The notes: a model not told the origin generated them from the sequence alone. Counted from the stretch's first letter, positions 7,573-18,127 are shown. The stretch is 64,000 nt of DNA from a virus (IMGVR_UViG_3300005096_000103:64001-128000), one strand, 5' to 3'. Numbers and translations are program-made.

Positions 7573-10500
7573 GTGGAAGACGACCTACTCCAGAGCATCA
7601 TACAAGGCGCCAATCAGGTATTCACCGGATACGCCCAAGGTACTGAAAACGCTAACGCTTTCTCTGCTGCTGCGAGCGCTGCGACACTCCCTGTGCCTCC
7701 ATTGCCGCCGCTGCCGATGCCTCCTCCACTGCCAGTACCTCCGCCTCTATCTCCACCTGGTTTCCTCCCGATGCAGCTACCTGCATTTGCAGGTCCACCC
7801 CCTTATCAGGGTGCTGCAGCACCGTTGCCTATGATGTTACCTCCACTTCCTCCACCTGCGCCGATTATGCCACCGTTGCCTCCCTTCAACCCTTTTGCAG
7901 GAGCGGGTGCTGCAATGCGGAGTGTAGGAGGTATACTACAGAGCGCACAGCGTAATTTAAATCCCACGCCTTACGTAGATTCTGCTATCTCAAGCACGCT
8001 TGAGATGTCTGCAGGTTACATCGTCGGTAATCAGAATCCCTTTATGCGGGAGATGAAGGCTTCTATGCGTCAGGCCGGAGATATTAGATCTTTGTACGGG
8101 ATGGTAGAAGAGGACGCACTCGGCTTAGGTGCACAGGGCCTAGCAACTGCGGGAGCCGCAGCATTTGGAGGTCTTGGAGGTGGGCTAGCTGGCGGAGCTA
8201 TTGGCGGTGCTATGACTGGTGGATCTGCTGGAGGTATCATTACTGGTTCGGATATTGGCGCAACTATCGGCGGTATAGCAGCTCCAATACTTGCACAGAA
8301 CAAATACGTAAGAGCTGTAACACAAGAGGTATTTCAGCCTGCTCTACGGCGCAACCTTGATATATCAAACACTCTAGGGATAAACCAAGGTGTAATGCAG
8401 GGTAGTTCGCTAGATATCTCCGGACGCGGATTAGATATCTACTCTGCAGGGTATGTCTCAGATTCATTAAGCGATCTATCTAACGTAAGACAAGGCGGTA
8501 AAGGTAGCGCTGCAGGTTCATTCACTAAACGTGATCTTATGGACATCATGTCTGTAAGTCGTGAACAAGGTCTGATGGAGTTCGCACAAAACAAAGATGA
8601 GATAGTCGGTGTTGTTAAGAACGTGTCTGGTATGTTGGCGACAGTGGCTAAGATTACAGGGGATCCTGATTTTAGGAACAACATAAAGCTTATCGGGAGC
8701 CTGCGACGTCAAGGTGGTGAGTTGAGTTCTATGTCACAGGATATTGCTGAGCTTCGTAGCGGGGCTGGGATATCTGGGATGTCGCTGCAAGACGCGTTGA
8801 ACTCACAAGGTGCACGAGGCGCTCAAGACTACAGCACTATGGGACTATCCAGATTCCAGGGTACCCGAATGGGGATCTTTGGAGCTGCGCTATCAAACCA
8901 AGCAGTGGCTGGCGGCGCGTACTCTGCTAGCGCTATAGACCGCTTCGGTGGTAAAGATCGGATGGCACAGCGTATTATGCAGATGACTGGGTCCTTCATC
9001 CAGAACTCTGATGCGCTGATCCCAGGTCTAACAAAGGTCGTAGATGGTAAAATCTCAATTGATAAAGAGAAACTCTCTGACTTAAACTCTAACAAGATAT
9101 CCCTGGACCAAGTACTCGCCGATAGCGCAAAGGCTAGCTCAGATCCAAAAGTACTTGAAGGCCTCATCAACTCGATGGACGATCTCAAAGAAGAGATGGC
9201 GAAAGGCTTAGGCCCCCAGGGCTCCTTCTCTATGATGGTTCGCCAGATAGACCGTGTCCAAGCCTCAATGGGGGGTAACGTCTCCTTCGAAGGCGCAGCT
9301 AATATGGTACTCGGGGATAAGACCTCAGCCCGCCAACTGTCAAAACTCTTGGCTAACGGAGGTTTGGATGGTGTAGTCCAAGGACTTGAGTCTGAGTCTA
9401 GACAGTCTCAGTTCTCTGCTGACAAAGCTGCCGCTAAGAACCGGGATGCGACAACAGGTCTCACTGGAGCTTGGAATCGTAGCGATATTGCTACAGGTTG
9501 GTTTAGGCGCGGGATAGGTGGTAGCTACGCTGATATGAACGAGAGTGTCAGCAACTGGACTCAGCGGCGTGACGAGACCGCTAGGATCAAAGCTGGTGGT
9601 GCAACCATGTATGAGAACAGTGGTCGAGCTTACTTGAGCAGCTTGAGCGATAAAGACGTTACAAGCGCTTTCCTCTCTAGAGAGGATACTAGTGGTATGT
9701 CTAAACGTCAGACCCTGTTTAGTCAAGGAGTCTTGGGATTCGCGAGCCAGGTAGGTGGTGGTATGTTCTCAACCGTAAAAGATACGACCCGAGGACTTAC
9801 CGGAGGGGTCCGTGGAATGTATGCTGCGTATAAAGGTGAGGGTAGCTACGCTGCAGCACTAGCACAAGGCAGCATCTATGGGACGGCATATGGCACTGTG
9901 TCTGGATTCGGATCAGCGTACTCAAGAGCCGCAGGCGGTGTAGTCCAGGCTGGATCAGATCTTGGCTACGAGTGGGACACTGCACTAGACGGGTCACGTG
10001 GTGGAGTAGGCGCAAACGAGGCTGCAGCTCTGAGAGACTACAGTCGAAACACCTCCGCGCTAAACCCCGTATCGTACCTAGGTGGTGTCGAAGACTTGGC
10101 AGGTGCTGCAGGTATAAACTCTTCGCTATTTGAACTAGGTAGTTCACTATATAGCCCGTTAACTGGTGGGACAGCGGGTCTACTATACAGGGATATATCC
10201 TCCCGAGGCTTAGTAGGTACCTATGACAAATATACTAGGCCTGCTGACCTAAAGAAAAAATATGCTGATGATAAGAAAGAGCTAGGCATCTACGTAGCGG
10301 CATCGAAAGCTGCGCTAGAAACTGACGGTGAAGGTGGGATGTCTCGACTTAGTGCTCGGGTTAAAAAACAACTCGAAAGTGCTAATGGAGGAAAGCCTGT
10401 ATCGTCTGATCAAGTTCAAGCTGCAGTTAGCGCTATGTTAGACGAGCAGGATACTAAGCGCGAGTATGCCGGTTACGGAGCATATAAAGCGACTAATGCT

Positions 10501-11604
10501 GGACAGGTAGGCGAAAGCATTAGAACTGGGATGGCTGCAAGTGGAATTGAGATGTCTACTACAGATATCTCAGATTTTGCAGACTCTGCAGCTATGGACG
10601 CTGGCTTTGCAAAAGACTTTGCGAGTGCTATCAGTGAACGCAACGGCGGAGTTAATGAAGCTGCAAAACGTACTATAGAAGCTGCTGGAGGTGTTAGTTC
10701 TGCTAGAGGGCGTGATACACTGTCGACTCAGATAGGTAACTCAAGTCAGGCTATTGAAGAGGCGTTCGGCTTAGACTTAGATAAGCGTTCAGATGCTGCA
10801 GCACTCAAAGTTATGGGTGAGCAGGATCCCGAAGTAGCCACGTTCTTGCTCCTCTCAGCATCTGGAGCAAGTAAATCAGAAATTACAGCGTATATTAACT
10901 CTAAGACTAAGGACAGTACAGAACGCAGCGCACTTTGGAAAAAGTATGCTGCAGCTAGTAAAGTTATGCGAGGTCTACCACCTAAGACTCTTGACGCCCT
11001 CAAGAAGATGGGTAGTAAACAAAATGTCATGACAAACGTTACTGAGAAGAAGTTCGAGGCAGTAGAGAAGAGTGCTACATCCGCGATATCAATAGGAAAT
11101 GCAATACCCAAACTCCAAGCACAAAGGTCTATTAAAGCAACAATGAGTCAGCTAGGAATCGGTATTGACCTCAAGGATCTTGGAGGTGAGGACGGACTCT
11201 CTGTTCTTAGAGGGAAACTACAGAAAAAGTTTACAACTCCTAAGTCATTAGAAGCTGCTCTCGCGAAAGCTAATCTAGACCCCTCAAAGTTAAGCGCCAT
11301 AAGGAGCCTTTACGAAGGTGGTGGGACTATGTCTGAGGAGGAGACAGGCAAGATCCTCAACCAGATGTTAGGCCCTGGTGGGCTAGAAACAAACTCTGTA
11401 AGAGATCCGACAGCTTACTCAGATGGGGACAAAGCGTCTAGAGCTAATCTAGAACAGTTAGACTCTCTACGTAAACTGTCAAATGATAACCAGCGTAGAT
11501 TCAGTGGTAGCATCACCTCTTTTAATAGAGGTGTTAACGCCCTTACGACTAACCTGAATAAGATCCCTGCGATGCTAGGTCACAAAGAGCTCGAAGAACC
11601 TTAA
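7573..11604 (+). CDS. Tape-measure-like protein with polyproline N-terminus
   Basis: 1343 aa, Ala/Gly/Ser-rich and helical, directly upstream of hub and baseplate genes; no catalytic motif seen. Confidence 0.65.
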   Translation: MEDDLLQSIIQGANQVFTGYAQGTENANAFSAAASAATLPVPPLPPLPMPPPLPVPPPLSPPGFLPMQLPAFAGPPPYQGAAAPLPMMLPPLPPPAPIMPPLPPFNPFAGAGAAMRSVGGILQSAQRNLNPTPYVDSAISSTLEMSAGYIVGNQNPFMREMKASMRQAGDIRSLYGMVEEDALGLGAQGLATAGAAAFGGLGGGLAGGAIGGAMTGGSAGGIITGSDIGATIGGIAAPILAQNKYVRAVTQEVFQPALRRNLDISNTLGINQGVMQGSSLDISGRGLDIYSAGYVSDSLSDLSNVRQGGKGSAAGSFTKRDLMDIMSVSREQGLMEFAQNKDEIVGVVKNVSGMLATVAKITGDPDFRNNIKLIGSLRRQGGELSSMSQDIAELRSGAGISGMSLQDALNSQGARGAQDYSTMGLSRFQGTRMGIFGAALSNQAVAGGAYSASAIDRFGGKDRMAQRIMQMTGSFIQNSDALIPGLTKVVDGKISIDKEKLSDLNSNKISLDQVLADSAKASSDPKVLEGLINSMDDLKEEMAKGLGPQGSFSMMVRQIDRVQASMGGNVSFEGAANMVLGDKTSARQLSKLLANGGLDGVVQGLESESRQSQFSADKAAAKNRDATTGLTGAWNRSDIATGWFRRGIGGSYADMNESVSNWTQRRDETARIKAGGATMYENSGRAYLSSLSDKDVTSAFLSREDTSGMSKRQTLFSQGVLGFASQVGGGMFSTVKDTTRGLTGGVRGMYAAYKGEGSYAAALAQGSIYGTAYGTVSGFGSAYSRAAGGVVQAGSDLGYEWDTALDGSRGGVGANEAAALRDYSRNTSALNPVSYLGGVEDLAGAAGINSSLFELGSSLYSPLTGGTAGLLYRDISSRGLVGTYDKYTRPADLKKKYADDKKELGIYVAASKAALETDGEGGMSRLSARVKKQLESANGGKPVSSDQVQAAVSAMLDEQDTKREYAGYGAYKATNAGQVGESIRTGMAASGIEMSTTDISDFADSAAMDAGFAKDFASAISERNGGVNEAAKRTIEAAGGVSSARGRDTLSTQIGNSSQAIEEAFGLDLDKRSDAAALKVMGEQDPEVATFLLLSASGASKSEITAYINSKTKDSTERSALWKKYAAASKVMRGLPPKTLDALKKMGSKQNVMTNVTEKKFEAVEKSATSAISIGNAIPKLQAQRSIKATMSQLGIGIDLKDLGGEDGLSVLRGKLQKKFTTPKSLEAALAKANLDPSKLSAIRSLYEGGGTMSEEETGKILNQMLGPGGLETNSVRDPTAYSDGDKASRANLEQLDSLRKLSNDNQRRFSGSITSFNRGVNALTTNLNKIPAMLGHKELEEP

Positions 11605-11613
11605 GGATAGAAA

Positions 11614-11823
11614 ATGAAACCTAAGTATATATTCCCAGACGCGGGTGCTCAACTTCGTACCTTGGAAGATTACATCAGGCAACAGATGAACCTCACGGAT
11701 ACTATTACGTTTGAGTTCCCGTCTATACTTGAGTGCGCAGACCTCGCTCTAAAAGAAGATACCCTTATTCGTCTTGAGACGTCTGATACTCCTGTAGCTG
11801 TAGGTAAGCCAAGTGAGCAATAG
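11614..11823 (+). CDS. Small hypothetical protein in tail module
   Basis: 69 aa ORF with AGGA SD, coupled to neighbours. Confidence 0.6.
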   Translation: MKPKYIFPDAGAQLRTLEDYIRQQMNLTDTITFEFPSILECADLALKEDTLIRLETSDTPVAVGKPSEQ

Positions 11824-12889
11824 TACTAAAGGCAACAGGGGCAAGATACTTGGTGGTCGTGAGTTCCGGTACCTTGATAAAAGTAAGAGTAGTCGGGAGC
11901 TAGCGGGAACCTACGCGGTAACACCTACGTTTTCACCAAAGTACCACACAGGTCACGGTCCTGACTCAGTACTAAAGCAAGCTAGGTTCATGATACCTCT
12001 ACCTAGCAAGCTCGTACTAGACCGGGTTATCAAAACCGCGAGTGGTTCAGCAATTGCGCGGAAGATCCTTAAGGTTCTTACAACGCGAGCCAATGACCCT
12101 ACAGGCGCTACTGCTAACTCTGGCCTAGAAAATAAAGAGGGTAGCTGGGGAGGATACGGTTACGTTGACTTCTGGCTCTCACAGATAAACCTGCAGTTTA
12201 GAGAGAAGAGACAGCTTGTCGAGCTTACCTCAGACGCTTATGCTGTGTACTATCACGGACTCGCTGCGCCAAACATTAGTCTTAGCGGTTCACTACTAAA
12301 CACTGTGCAGAATAACTGGTGGAGCAACTTCTTAGATCTATACATCTCAGCGATCCGAGGGACTAAAACTGCGATATTCAGCGCACCGCTGATACTGCTT
12401 CTAGACTCCAAGCGATACTCTATATCGATTGACAGTCTTACGCAGAGCCTTAGCGCAGATATGGAGATGCTAGGAAGCTTCAGCATGCAGGGTCTGGTCT
12501 CAAAAATAGAGGAAGTGGATACATTCACTTCTGGAGACCCTACAGCACTAGAAAATCTTGCAGGAGTTAGGACAGCACTAGATGCGAATACACGACCTAG
12601 CCTAGTTATCAACCCTTCAGCATCACCATTGGTAACTAATCAAGGTAAAGCCAGCGTAGCAAACCCCTGTGATCTACAATCAGCATTTAATGTCTCTGCG
12701 CTAGTATGTGGAGAGCGGTTTGCCTTACAAATGGACTCCCCTCCAGCAGCGGATGTTAGCCTAGACGTGGAGACTGCCGTGACTATCGCACAAGAGTCTT
12801 ACGTCCTGGAAGAAGCGGCCTCATTTGTTGCAGATCCTGTTGCTGTGAATGCTAGCTTCTCAGAGGCTCTATTCTCAGGAGTTGAGTAG
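11813..12889 (+). CDS. Probable tail-tube-initiator / distal-tail-like protein
   Basis: Position after the tape measure; beta-rich segment DFWLSQINLQFREKRQLV...NISLSGSLLN. Confidence 0.5.
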   Translation: MSNSTKGNRGKILGGREFRYLDKSKSSRELAGTYAVTPTFSPKYHTGHGPDSVLKQARFMIPLPSKLVLDRVIKTASGSAIARKILKVLTTRANDPTGATANSGLENKEGSWGGYGYVDFWLSQINLQFREKRQLVELTSDAYAVYYHGLAAPNISLSGSLLNTVQNNWWSNFLDLYISAIRGTKTAIFSAPLILLLDSKRYSISIDSLTQSLSADMEMLGSFSMQGLVSKIEEVDTFTSGDPTALENLAGVRTALDANTRPSLVINPSASPLVTNQGKASVANPCDLQSAFNVSALVCGERFALQMDSPPAADVSLDVETAVTIAQESYVLEEAASFVADPVAVNASFSEALFSGVE

Positions 12890-13318
12890 ATGTCTATTGA
12901 ATCAATCATCATGACCACCACACTCCCCTCAAACATAAACAACTACAGGTTGGCCTTAGCTTCCGCGTGTTCATCAACTAATGAGACTCTCGAAACTGGA
13001 AAATCAATAACCTACTTCCTTGCGGCAACCCCGCTGATTATACCTTTTGGCTGGTTTCTCCCACGTGACTTTTCTCTAGCGGCCTACGACTTAGATTCTC
13101 GCAGGTCTGTAGACAGCGCCTACGCTGATCTTAAGAGACTAAAGCCTATGCGGGATAGGGCATTGGGTGAACTAGTAAATCAAACTATAAGTCCAGACCT
13201 GTTAAGTCTACTAGACTCAGTAGATAGTCGACAACGCCGGTACTACATCGCAGCTTCATGTGCTATAGTGTTCCTCAGTGCTTTCAATCTAAGTGATAAA
13301 GTACAAACGGGAGCGTAA
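12890..13318 (+). CDS. Hypothetical tail-module protein
   Basis: 142 aa ORF abutting the previous gene. Confidence 0.6.
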   Translation: MSIESIIMTTTLPSNINNYRLALASACSSTNETLETGKSITYFLAATPLIIPFGWFLPRDFSLAAYDLDSRRSVDSAYADLKRLKPMRDRALGELVNQTISPDLLSLLDSVDSRQRRYYIAASCAIVFLSAFNLSDKVQTGA

Positions 13319-13350
13319 GTTGACCTGTAGCATATGATCTGGAGCATAAG

Positions 13351-16221
13351 TTGACTACCTACGAGAATGTTAATACCCCTCAAGTTAATGATTACCTAGT
13401 CTATATCTGCGGTGTAGAGGTCCCTGTATCAGCAGTAAGCGTACGTGGAGCCGTCTGGGATATTCCTACAGCAACGATACAACTACCTGCTGACAAAAAT
13501 CTAAGGCGTATAGGTGCTGAAGATCGTATAAGGGTTACGATATTCTACTTAGACACTGTATATTACGACGGTGTCTACTGTCTTATGTTCGATGGAGAGG
13601 TGACATCTGTAGGGTACTCGTCTTCAGCTATGACAGCACTGCTCTCTCTGAATTGTAGAGGCTTCGCTGCAGCATTCGAGAGGCTTAAGCTCTTATTCTT
13701 AACAGCGATGCCTAATTTCGTTAAAGCGAGTACTGGTAATCCAGATGCGGATGCAGTTGTCGCAGGCGCAGCATACTCTAAGATCTTCCCAGCCTCACTG
13801 TTCTATAGTGGACTATCACCCTCCGCAAATGAGCCTCTTACCCGCCCTTTTGATATCGTGAATAACGTATTCAAAGTCGTTGCTGGTATAGAGATGTCAC
13901 CACCTGAGCTACTAGAGTCTCTGTCTAAGGACGACGACACTGCGACGCCGAATGATACTAAATCCGTTGTCGCTACACATTGGTTTAACAGGTGGCTACG
14001 ACGGACTAACTTTATCAACATGTGGAATCCTCTACCAGGCTACGAGACTTCGTTCACGGACACAGACTCTTTATTCCCTGTCTTGAGCGTCATACAGCAG
14101 AACGAGGCTATTAACGCCCTTATAAAGATGGCTTCAAATATCGGAGATAGTGGGAGTGTCTGGGAGCTTGTTAGAAAAGTATTCATGACACTATACTACG
14201 AAGTCAATATAATGCTCAGCCCACCAGCTGTAGCAGTCAAGTCTAGTAGCCTAAAAGTCCGGGGACCCTTTTCAACTAAGATAGGTAATGACCGTCTTAA
14301 GATCTTAAGTCACGTGACTAAACCTCAGATGCTATTTGGAGTTCCACCTGCGTGCAATATCCTCTGGAAAAGTCTGATAACTAACACCTCTTATAGTGAA
14401 GACTATGCAGGTCAGCCTACTCGACTCCGCGCCTCATTTGGCCAACACTCAAATATCTACGCACCGAACGGCGGCAATAAGAACCCTGGGTCTCAAGAAA
14501 TCTTGAACCAAGTTATGGCGGTTGCGTTCCCACCTATAGCACAGTATCAACTCGATCAACGCGTAGGACGTGCAGATAAGGAAGGTGACTTCTCTCGTAA
14601 CGCCCACAATTTTCTAGTCTGGCCTGAGGAGTTCTTCAAAGGTCCAGTCTCCTCCTACAGAGAGATACCCCAGTGGTTCCACTTTCTAGCTAACGCGCAG
14701 AAAGCTCCTGCAGTACTCGGTGTAGCAGCTGACTTTGCGTCTCCGAGGTCATACCTGCTAGGTCTCGGTACTCTACTAAACACCATATTAAGTACAAACT
14801 CCTCAATCTATAAGGATCAATTCCCTCTAGAGATGATTGAGGGTTTTATAGAAGCTGCTGAGGCTCTGCCTACTAAGGTTAGAGAGTATGGGACTAACGT
14901 ATCATCAGCTCGAACAGGAGGCTACGACGAAAGCCTTGCTACGCTTAAAGACTACTACATAGGCGTCCTAGAGCTAGCTAAGCAATTCAGCCCACAACTC
15001 TCTAGCATCTCTCAGATAGACAAGTTTATCAGCGCGATAGACGAGGCGACTGTATCAACGAGAGTTACAGTGTCAGAGCCTGGCATAGCTGAGCCTCCTG
15101 ACGCTGAAGCTACTCCTGATCTAGCTACCCCTACTGAAGCTTCAGTAGCCTCAACAGAAGGTGACGATGCGACCCGTGAAGTCTATAAGCTCTACGCAGC
15201 TTATGAGTACCATAGAGAACGCTACTCACGCCGGAACGGGTCAGTTAATATGGTGTTCAACCCCTACGTGGCTGCTGGATACCCTGGTGCAGTATTCGAT
15301 AAGGACGCCCTACAATACCACCAGTTCATGTACGTCGTCTCTGTAAACCATAGTATGTCGCCTAACGGATTCAGCACGTCAGTGTCTTATTCGTATGCGA
15401 GGACATTCAATGAGTTCTTTCAAGAGCTGTTAGAACTTAGAAATCCTGACTCTTTTGCGCGTGTTGATACGTCTACGGATCAGGTATCTGGAGCCAGGAT
15501 CGAAGATAAGCTTTCCGACCTAGCTAGTTCCGTGCCTGCTACTGACTTCTTAATAGAACCTGGATTTTCTGACGTACCAAAGAAAGTGTTCGACACTCGT
15601 AACATCAGCGACTTCTTACAGGACCCTAGTCTACTCAAAGAAGAACCTTTAGACGCGGGACCTGCTAACCCTATTGAGAGCTATCGGAACGGATTCCAGC
15701 GTAACTCAGGCGCGAGGGCAATCTACGACAGTCTGTTCTGGCAGAACCTCCCTAGAGACGCTGACAAAGATACGATATTCGACTGGGCTAAACTCCTGTC
15801 TGTATCTCCAGGAGGTATGAACCCACAGGATATCGCATTAACAACTGAGAGTGCACAAGACTATAAAAATCCATCAACAGAGTTCCACCCCACTAAGGAC
15901 GCTCAAATATTTAATAACTCAACGCGTGATGGACTTAAGTACTGTGCCCGCCCTGTATGCACTCTAGAGGAGTGGATGACACACAACGCGTCCATAGGGG
16001 TTGCTAAGGATAAACTTATCGTAGAGACGCAGGGACACTTAGTCTCGTACTATGTTATGGTACTAAACTTAGAGGCTGGACCAGGGAAAGAACCGGCACA
16101 GACTGAGTTAGGTAATAGGGTCGGGGAAGTTACAGCAGATACCCGACTCCCTTGGGTTTCGTATCTGCTCCGCTATAGAAACAGGATCTATAATAGAGAT
16201 TTCCCACTAACGACTACCTAG
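13351..16221 (+). CDS. Baseplate hub-like protein (gp27/gp44-like, inferred)
   Basis: 956 aa; N-terminal YLVYICGVEVPVSAVSV..W...ATI and FDGEV pattern typical of hub proteins; position between tape measure and wedge. Confidence 0.55.
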   Translation: MTTYENVNTPQVNDYLVYICGVEVPVSAVSVRGAVWDIPTATIQLPADKNLRRIGAEDRIRVTIFYLDTVYYDGVYCLMFDGEVTSVGYSSSAMTALLSLNCRGFAAAFERLKLLFLTAMPNFVKASTGNPDADAVVAGAAYSKIFPASLFYSGLSPSANEPLTRPFDIVNNVFKVVAGIEMSPPELLESLSKDDDTATPNDTKSVVATHWFNRWLRRTNFINMWNPLPGYETSFTDTDSLFPVLSVIQQNEAINALIKMASNIGDSGSVWELVRKVFMTLYYEVNIMLSPPAVAVKSSSLKVRGPFSTKIGNDRLKILSHVTKPQMLFGVPPACNILWKSLITNTSYSEDYAGQPTRLRASFGQHSNIYAPNGGNKNPGSQEILNQVMAVAFPPIAQYQLDQRVGRADKEGDFSRNAHNFLVWPEEFFKGPVSSYREIPQWFHFLANAQKAPAVLGVAADFASPRSYLLGLGTLLNTILSTNSSIYKDQFPLEMIEGFIEAAEALPTKVREYGTNVSSARTGGYDESLATLKDYYIGVLELAKQFSPQLSSISQIDKFISAIDEATVSTRVTVSEPGIAEPPDAEATPDLATPTEASVASTEGDDATREVYKLYAAYEYHRERYSRRNGSVNMVFNPYVAAGYPGAVFDKDALQYHQFMYVVSVNHSMSPNGFSTSVSYSYARTFNEFFQELLELRNPDSFARVDTSTDQVSGARIEDKLSDLASSVPATDFLIEPGFSDVPKKVFDTRNISDFLQDPSLLKEEPLDAGPANPIESYRNGFQRNSGARAIYDSLFWQNLPRDADKDTIFDWAKLLSVSPGGMNPQDIALTTESAQDYKNPSTEFHPTKDAQIFNNSTRDGLKYCARPVCTLEEWMTHNASIGVAKDKLIVETQGHLVSYYVMVLNLEAGPGKEPAQTELGNRVGEVTADTRLPWVSYLLRYRNRIYNRDFPLTTT

Positions 16222-16234
16222 CTTTGGAGCTACC

Positions 16235-17341
16235 ATGCTTACAGACGATCTCGTAGAAAAAATGGCTAAGCTAGGTAAACAACGTTCTACACCTGTACCC
16301 TCTGGCTACCCTGTCAATCTATCGTTCGAGCTGAAGATGGCTCGTATCGCTAACCTGTTGAAGATGCCCTCTATCCCTAAGATCCCTAACGTCGTAGGAT
16401 CTTCTACTAAGGGTCTCGGGGACTCGGTATCTGCTTCAGCAAAGTCATTCTCTGCAAGTTCATTATCTCCAAAGTCGTTATCACCTAAGACTAACTTTAA
16501 GCCTATTGCAGCTCCTAAGCCTAAGCTACCTGCTACAGCGTCTAGCATAGCACCGGCAAAGAAACTGCAAGGTGGTAGTGCAGACTGGACCGCATCGGTA
16601 AAGTCAGCAAAAGTTACAGAAGTAGATGTCTTTAAGCTCACTAGGAAGCAAAAGGATATACAGCTGTGGAAGGACTGGAAGCACAGTGGACATAAGCCTG
16701 GAGCATTAAAGCCGCTGATGTCTGCGCTAGCCCCTGTTATTTTTAGCCAGACTAAGATGTGGAAAGGTCAAGTTCCAGACTACGCCCTAGATCGTACAGC
16801 TCAAAGCCTGGCGCTCAAAGCATTGTATAGTTACGACCCTAATAAAGGCGCGGCGCTCAATACACACGTAACAAATGGTCTGCGTAAGATAAGCAGGACC
16901 GTCTACCAGAACCAAGATATTATAAGACTACCTGAAGATAAAAAGCTTGAGAGTCAAGCCATCTTCAAATCAACTCAGGCTCTAGAGGACGAGCTAGGAC
17001 GGACGCCTTCCGATATGGAACTAGCCGATGATCTAGGGTGGAATGTCAATAAAGTCCGAAAGTCACAGGGACTCGGGGTTAACGAGTTGGTATCTAGTCT
17101 CGATGCAGGTGGTTTGTCTTTAGGGGATAATGGCGACTCTGATCGTAAACTGCGTGATACGATACATTACGTATACGCGGGATTACCTCCTACTGACCAA
17201 GTCATCTTTGAGCATTCAACTGGGTTTAGCGGAAAGCCTCGCAAGACAGCACTGCAGATATCTAAGATGGTTAAGATGTCACCTGGGCAAGTTCACCAGC
17301 GTAAGAAATCAATAGCTGATATGCTAAAGAAGGTGATGTAA
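16235..17341 (+). CDS. Sigma70-family RNA polymerase sigma factor with about 125 aa low-complexity N-terminal extension
   Basis: YDPNKGAALNTHV..GLRK (region 2), LEDELGRTPSDMELADDLGW (region 3), LPPTDQVIF..TALQISKMVKMSPGQVHQ (region 4 HTH). Confidence 0.8.
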   Translation: MLTDDLVEKMAKLGKQRSTPVPSGYPVNLSFELKMARIANLLKMPSIPKIPNVVGSSTKGLGDSVSASAKSFSASSLSPKSLSPKTNFKPIAAPKPKLPATASSIAPAKKLQGGSADWTASVKSAKVTEVDVFKLTRKQKDIQLWKDWKHSGHKPGALKPLMSALAPVIFSQTKMWKGQVPDYALDRTAQSLALKALYSYDPNKGAALNTHVTNGLRKISRTVYQNQDIIRLPEDKKLESQAIFKSTQALEDELGRTPSDMELADDLGWNVNKVRKSQGLGVNELVSSLDAGGLSLGDNGDSDRKLRDTIHYVYAGLPPTDQVIFEHSTGFSGKPRKTALQISKMVKMSPGQVHQRKKSIADMLKKVM

Positions 17342-18127
17342 GTGCAACGTACAGTGTTTAAAGGTCCACCTGAGAAGAGGGTTAGGGTTAAAAACCTAGG
17401 GATCTTAACAAAGACGGATCCTAGAGCTGTACTACTAGACGCTAAGCTGCGCGGTGGTGGTAGACAGTGGCTCCACTGGAGAGCTGCGACTAAGTTAGCC
17501 CAGTTGCTACAAGCCGCGTGGTCTGTAACCCCTGATCTAAGGGCAGTGTCCTGTCTAAGAGACCCAAAGAAAGATACTAAGGAAGAGTGGATAGCTAAGA
17601 TCAAAGCCTTTGACATTACGCCATCAGCCAGAGCGCCTAACGGTCCTAGAAAATACTGGAAGGTGACAGATCAAACAGAAGATCAATCTAGGAAACGGTT
17701 ATTCAGATTCAGAGCGTATAACAGTGGTCACGAAACCGGGCTATCTGTTGACTTTGCGTCTAGGTCAGAGGGTCTAGGGACCAACAGTAAACGTATCCAC
17801 TTTTATAGGGGTACACAGGTTTACGCGTGGCTAGCTTCCAACGCTATTAACTACGGGTTCACACCTTATAATAACGAACCGTGGCATTGGGAGTTATTCC
17901 TAACTCGCAAAGAATGGTTAGAGCTGCCTGACGGCGGATTCGTGATGCCAGACGCTTATGCGGCTAGAGCTACAGGCTTTAGTAGCGTCACACGTTATGA
18001 CGCCTATCAAAGTGCAAAAGACCCTCTAGCTGCAGACGTTCCTCTCGATAAAAAAATAGTTTACAAGATAGACCACGTACGTAGTATCGGAAAACTCTTT
18101 GACTTTGACTTAAACGTCTGGAGATAG
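17342..18127 (+). CDS. Peptidase M15 / VanY-like zinc peptidoglycan peptidase
   Basis: SGHETGLSVDF (SxH..G.A.D type) and NEPWHWE motifs. Confidence 0.75.
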   Translation: MQRTVFKGPPEKRVRVKNLGILTKTDPRAVLLDAKLRGGGRQWLHWRAATKLAQLLQAAWSVTPDLRAVSCLRDPKKDTKEEWIAKIKAFDITPSARAPNGPRKYWKVTDQTEDQSRKRLFRFRAYNSGHETGLSVDFASRSEGLGTNSKRIHFYRGTQVYAWLASNAINYGFTPYNNEPWHWELFLTRKEWLELPDGGFVMPDAYAARATGFSSVTRYDAYQSAKDPLAADVPLDKKIVYKIDHVRSIGKLFDFDLNVWR

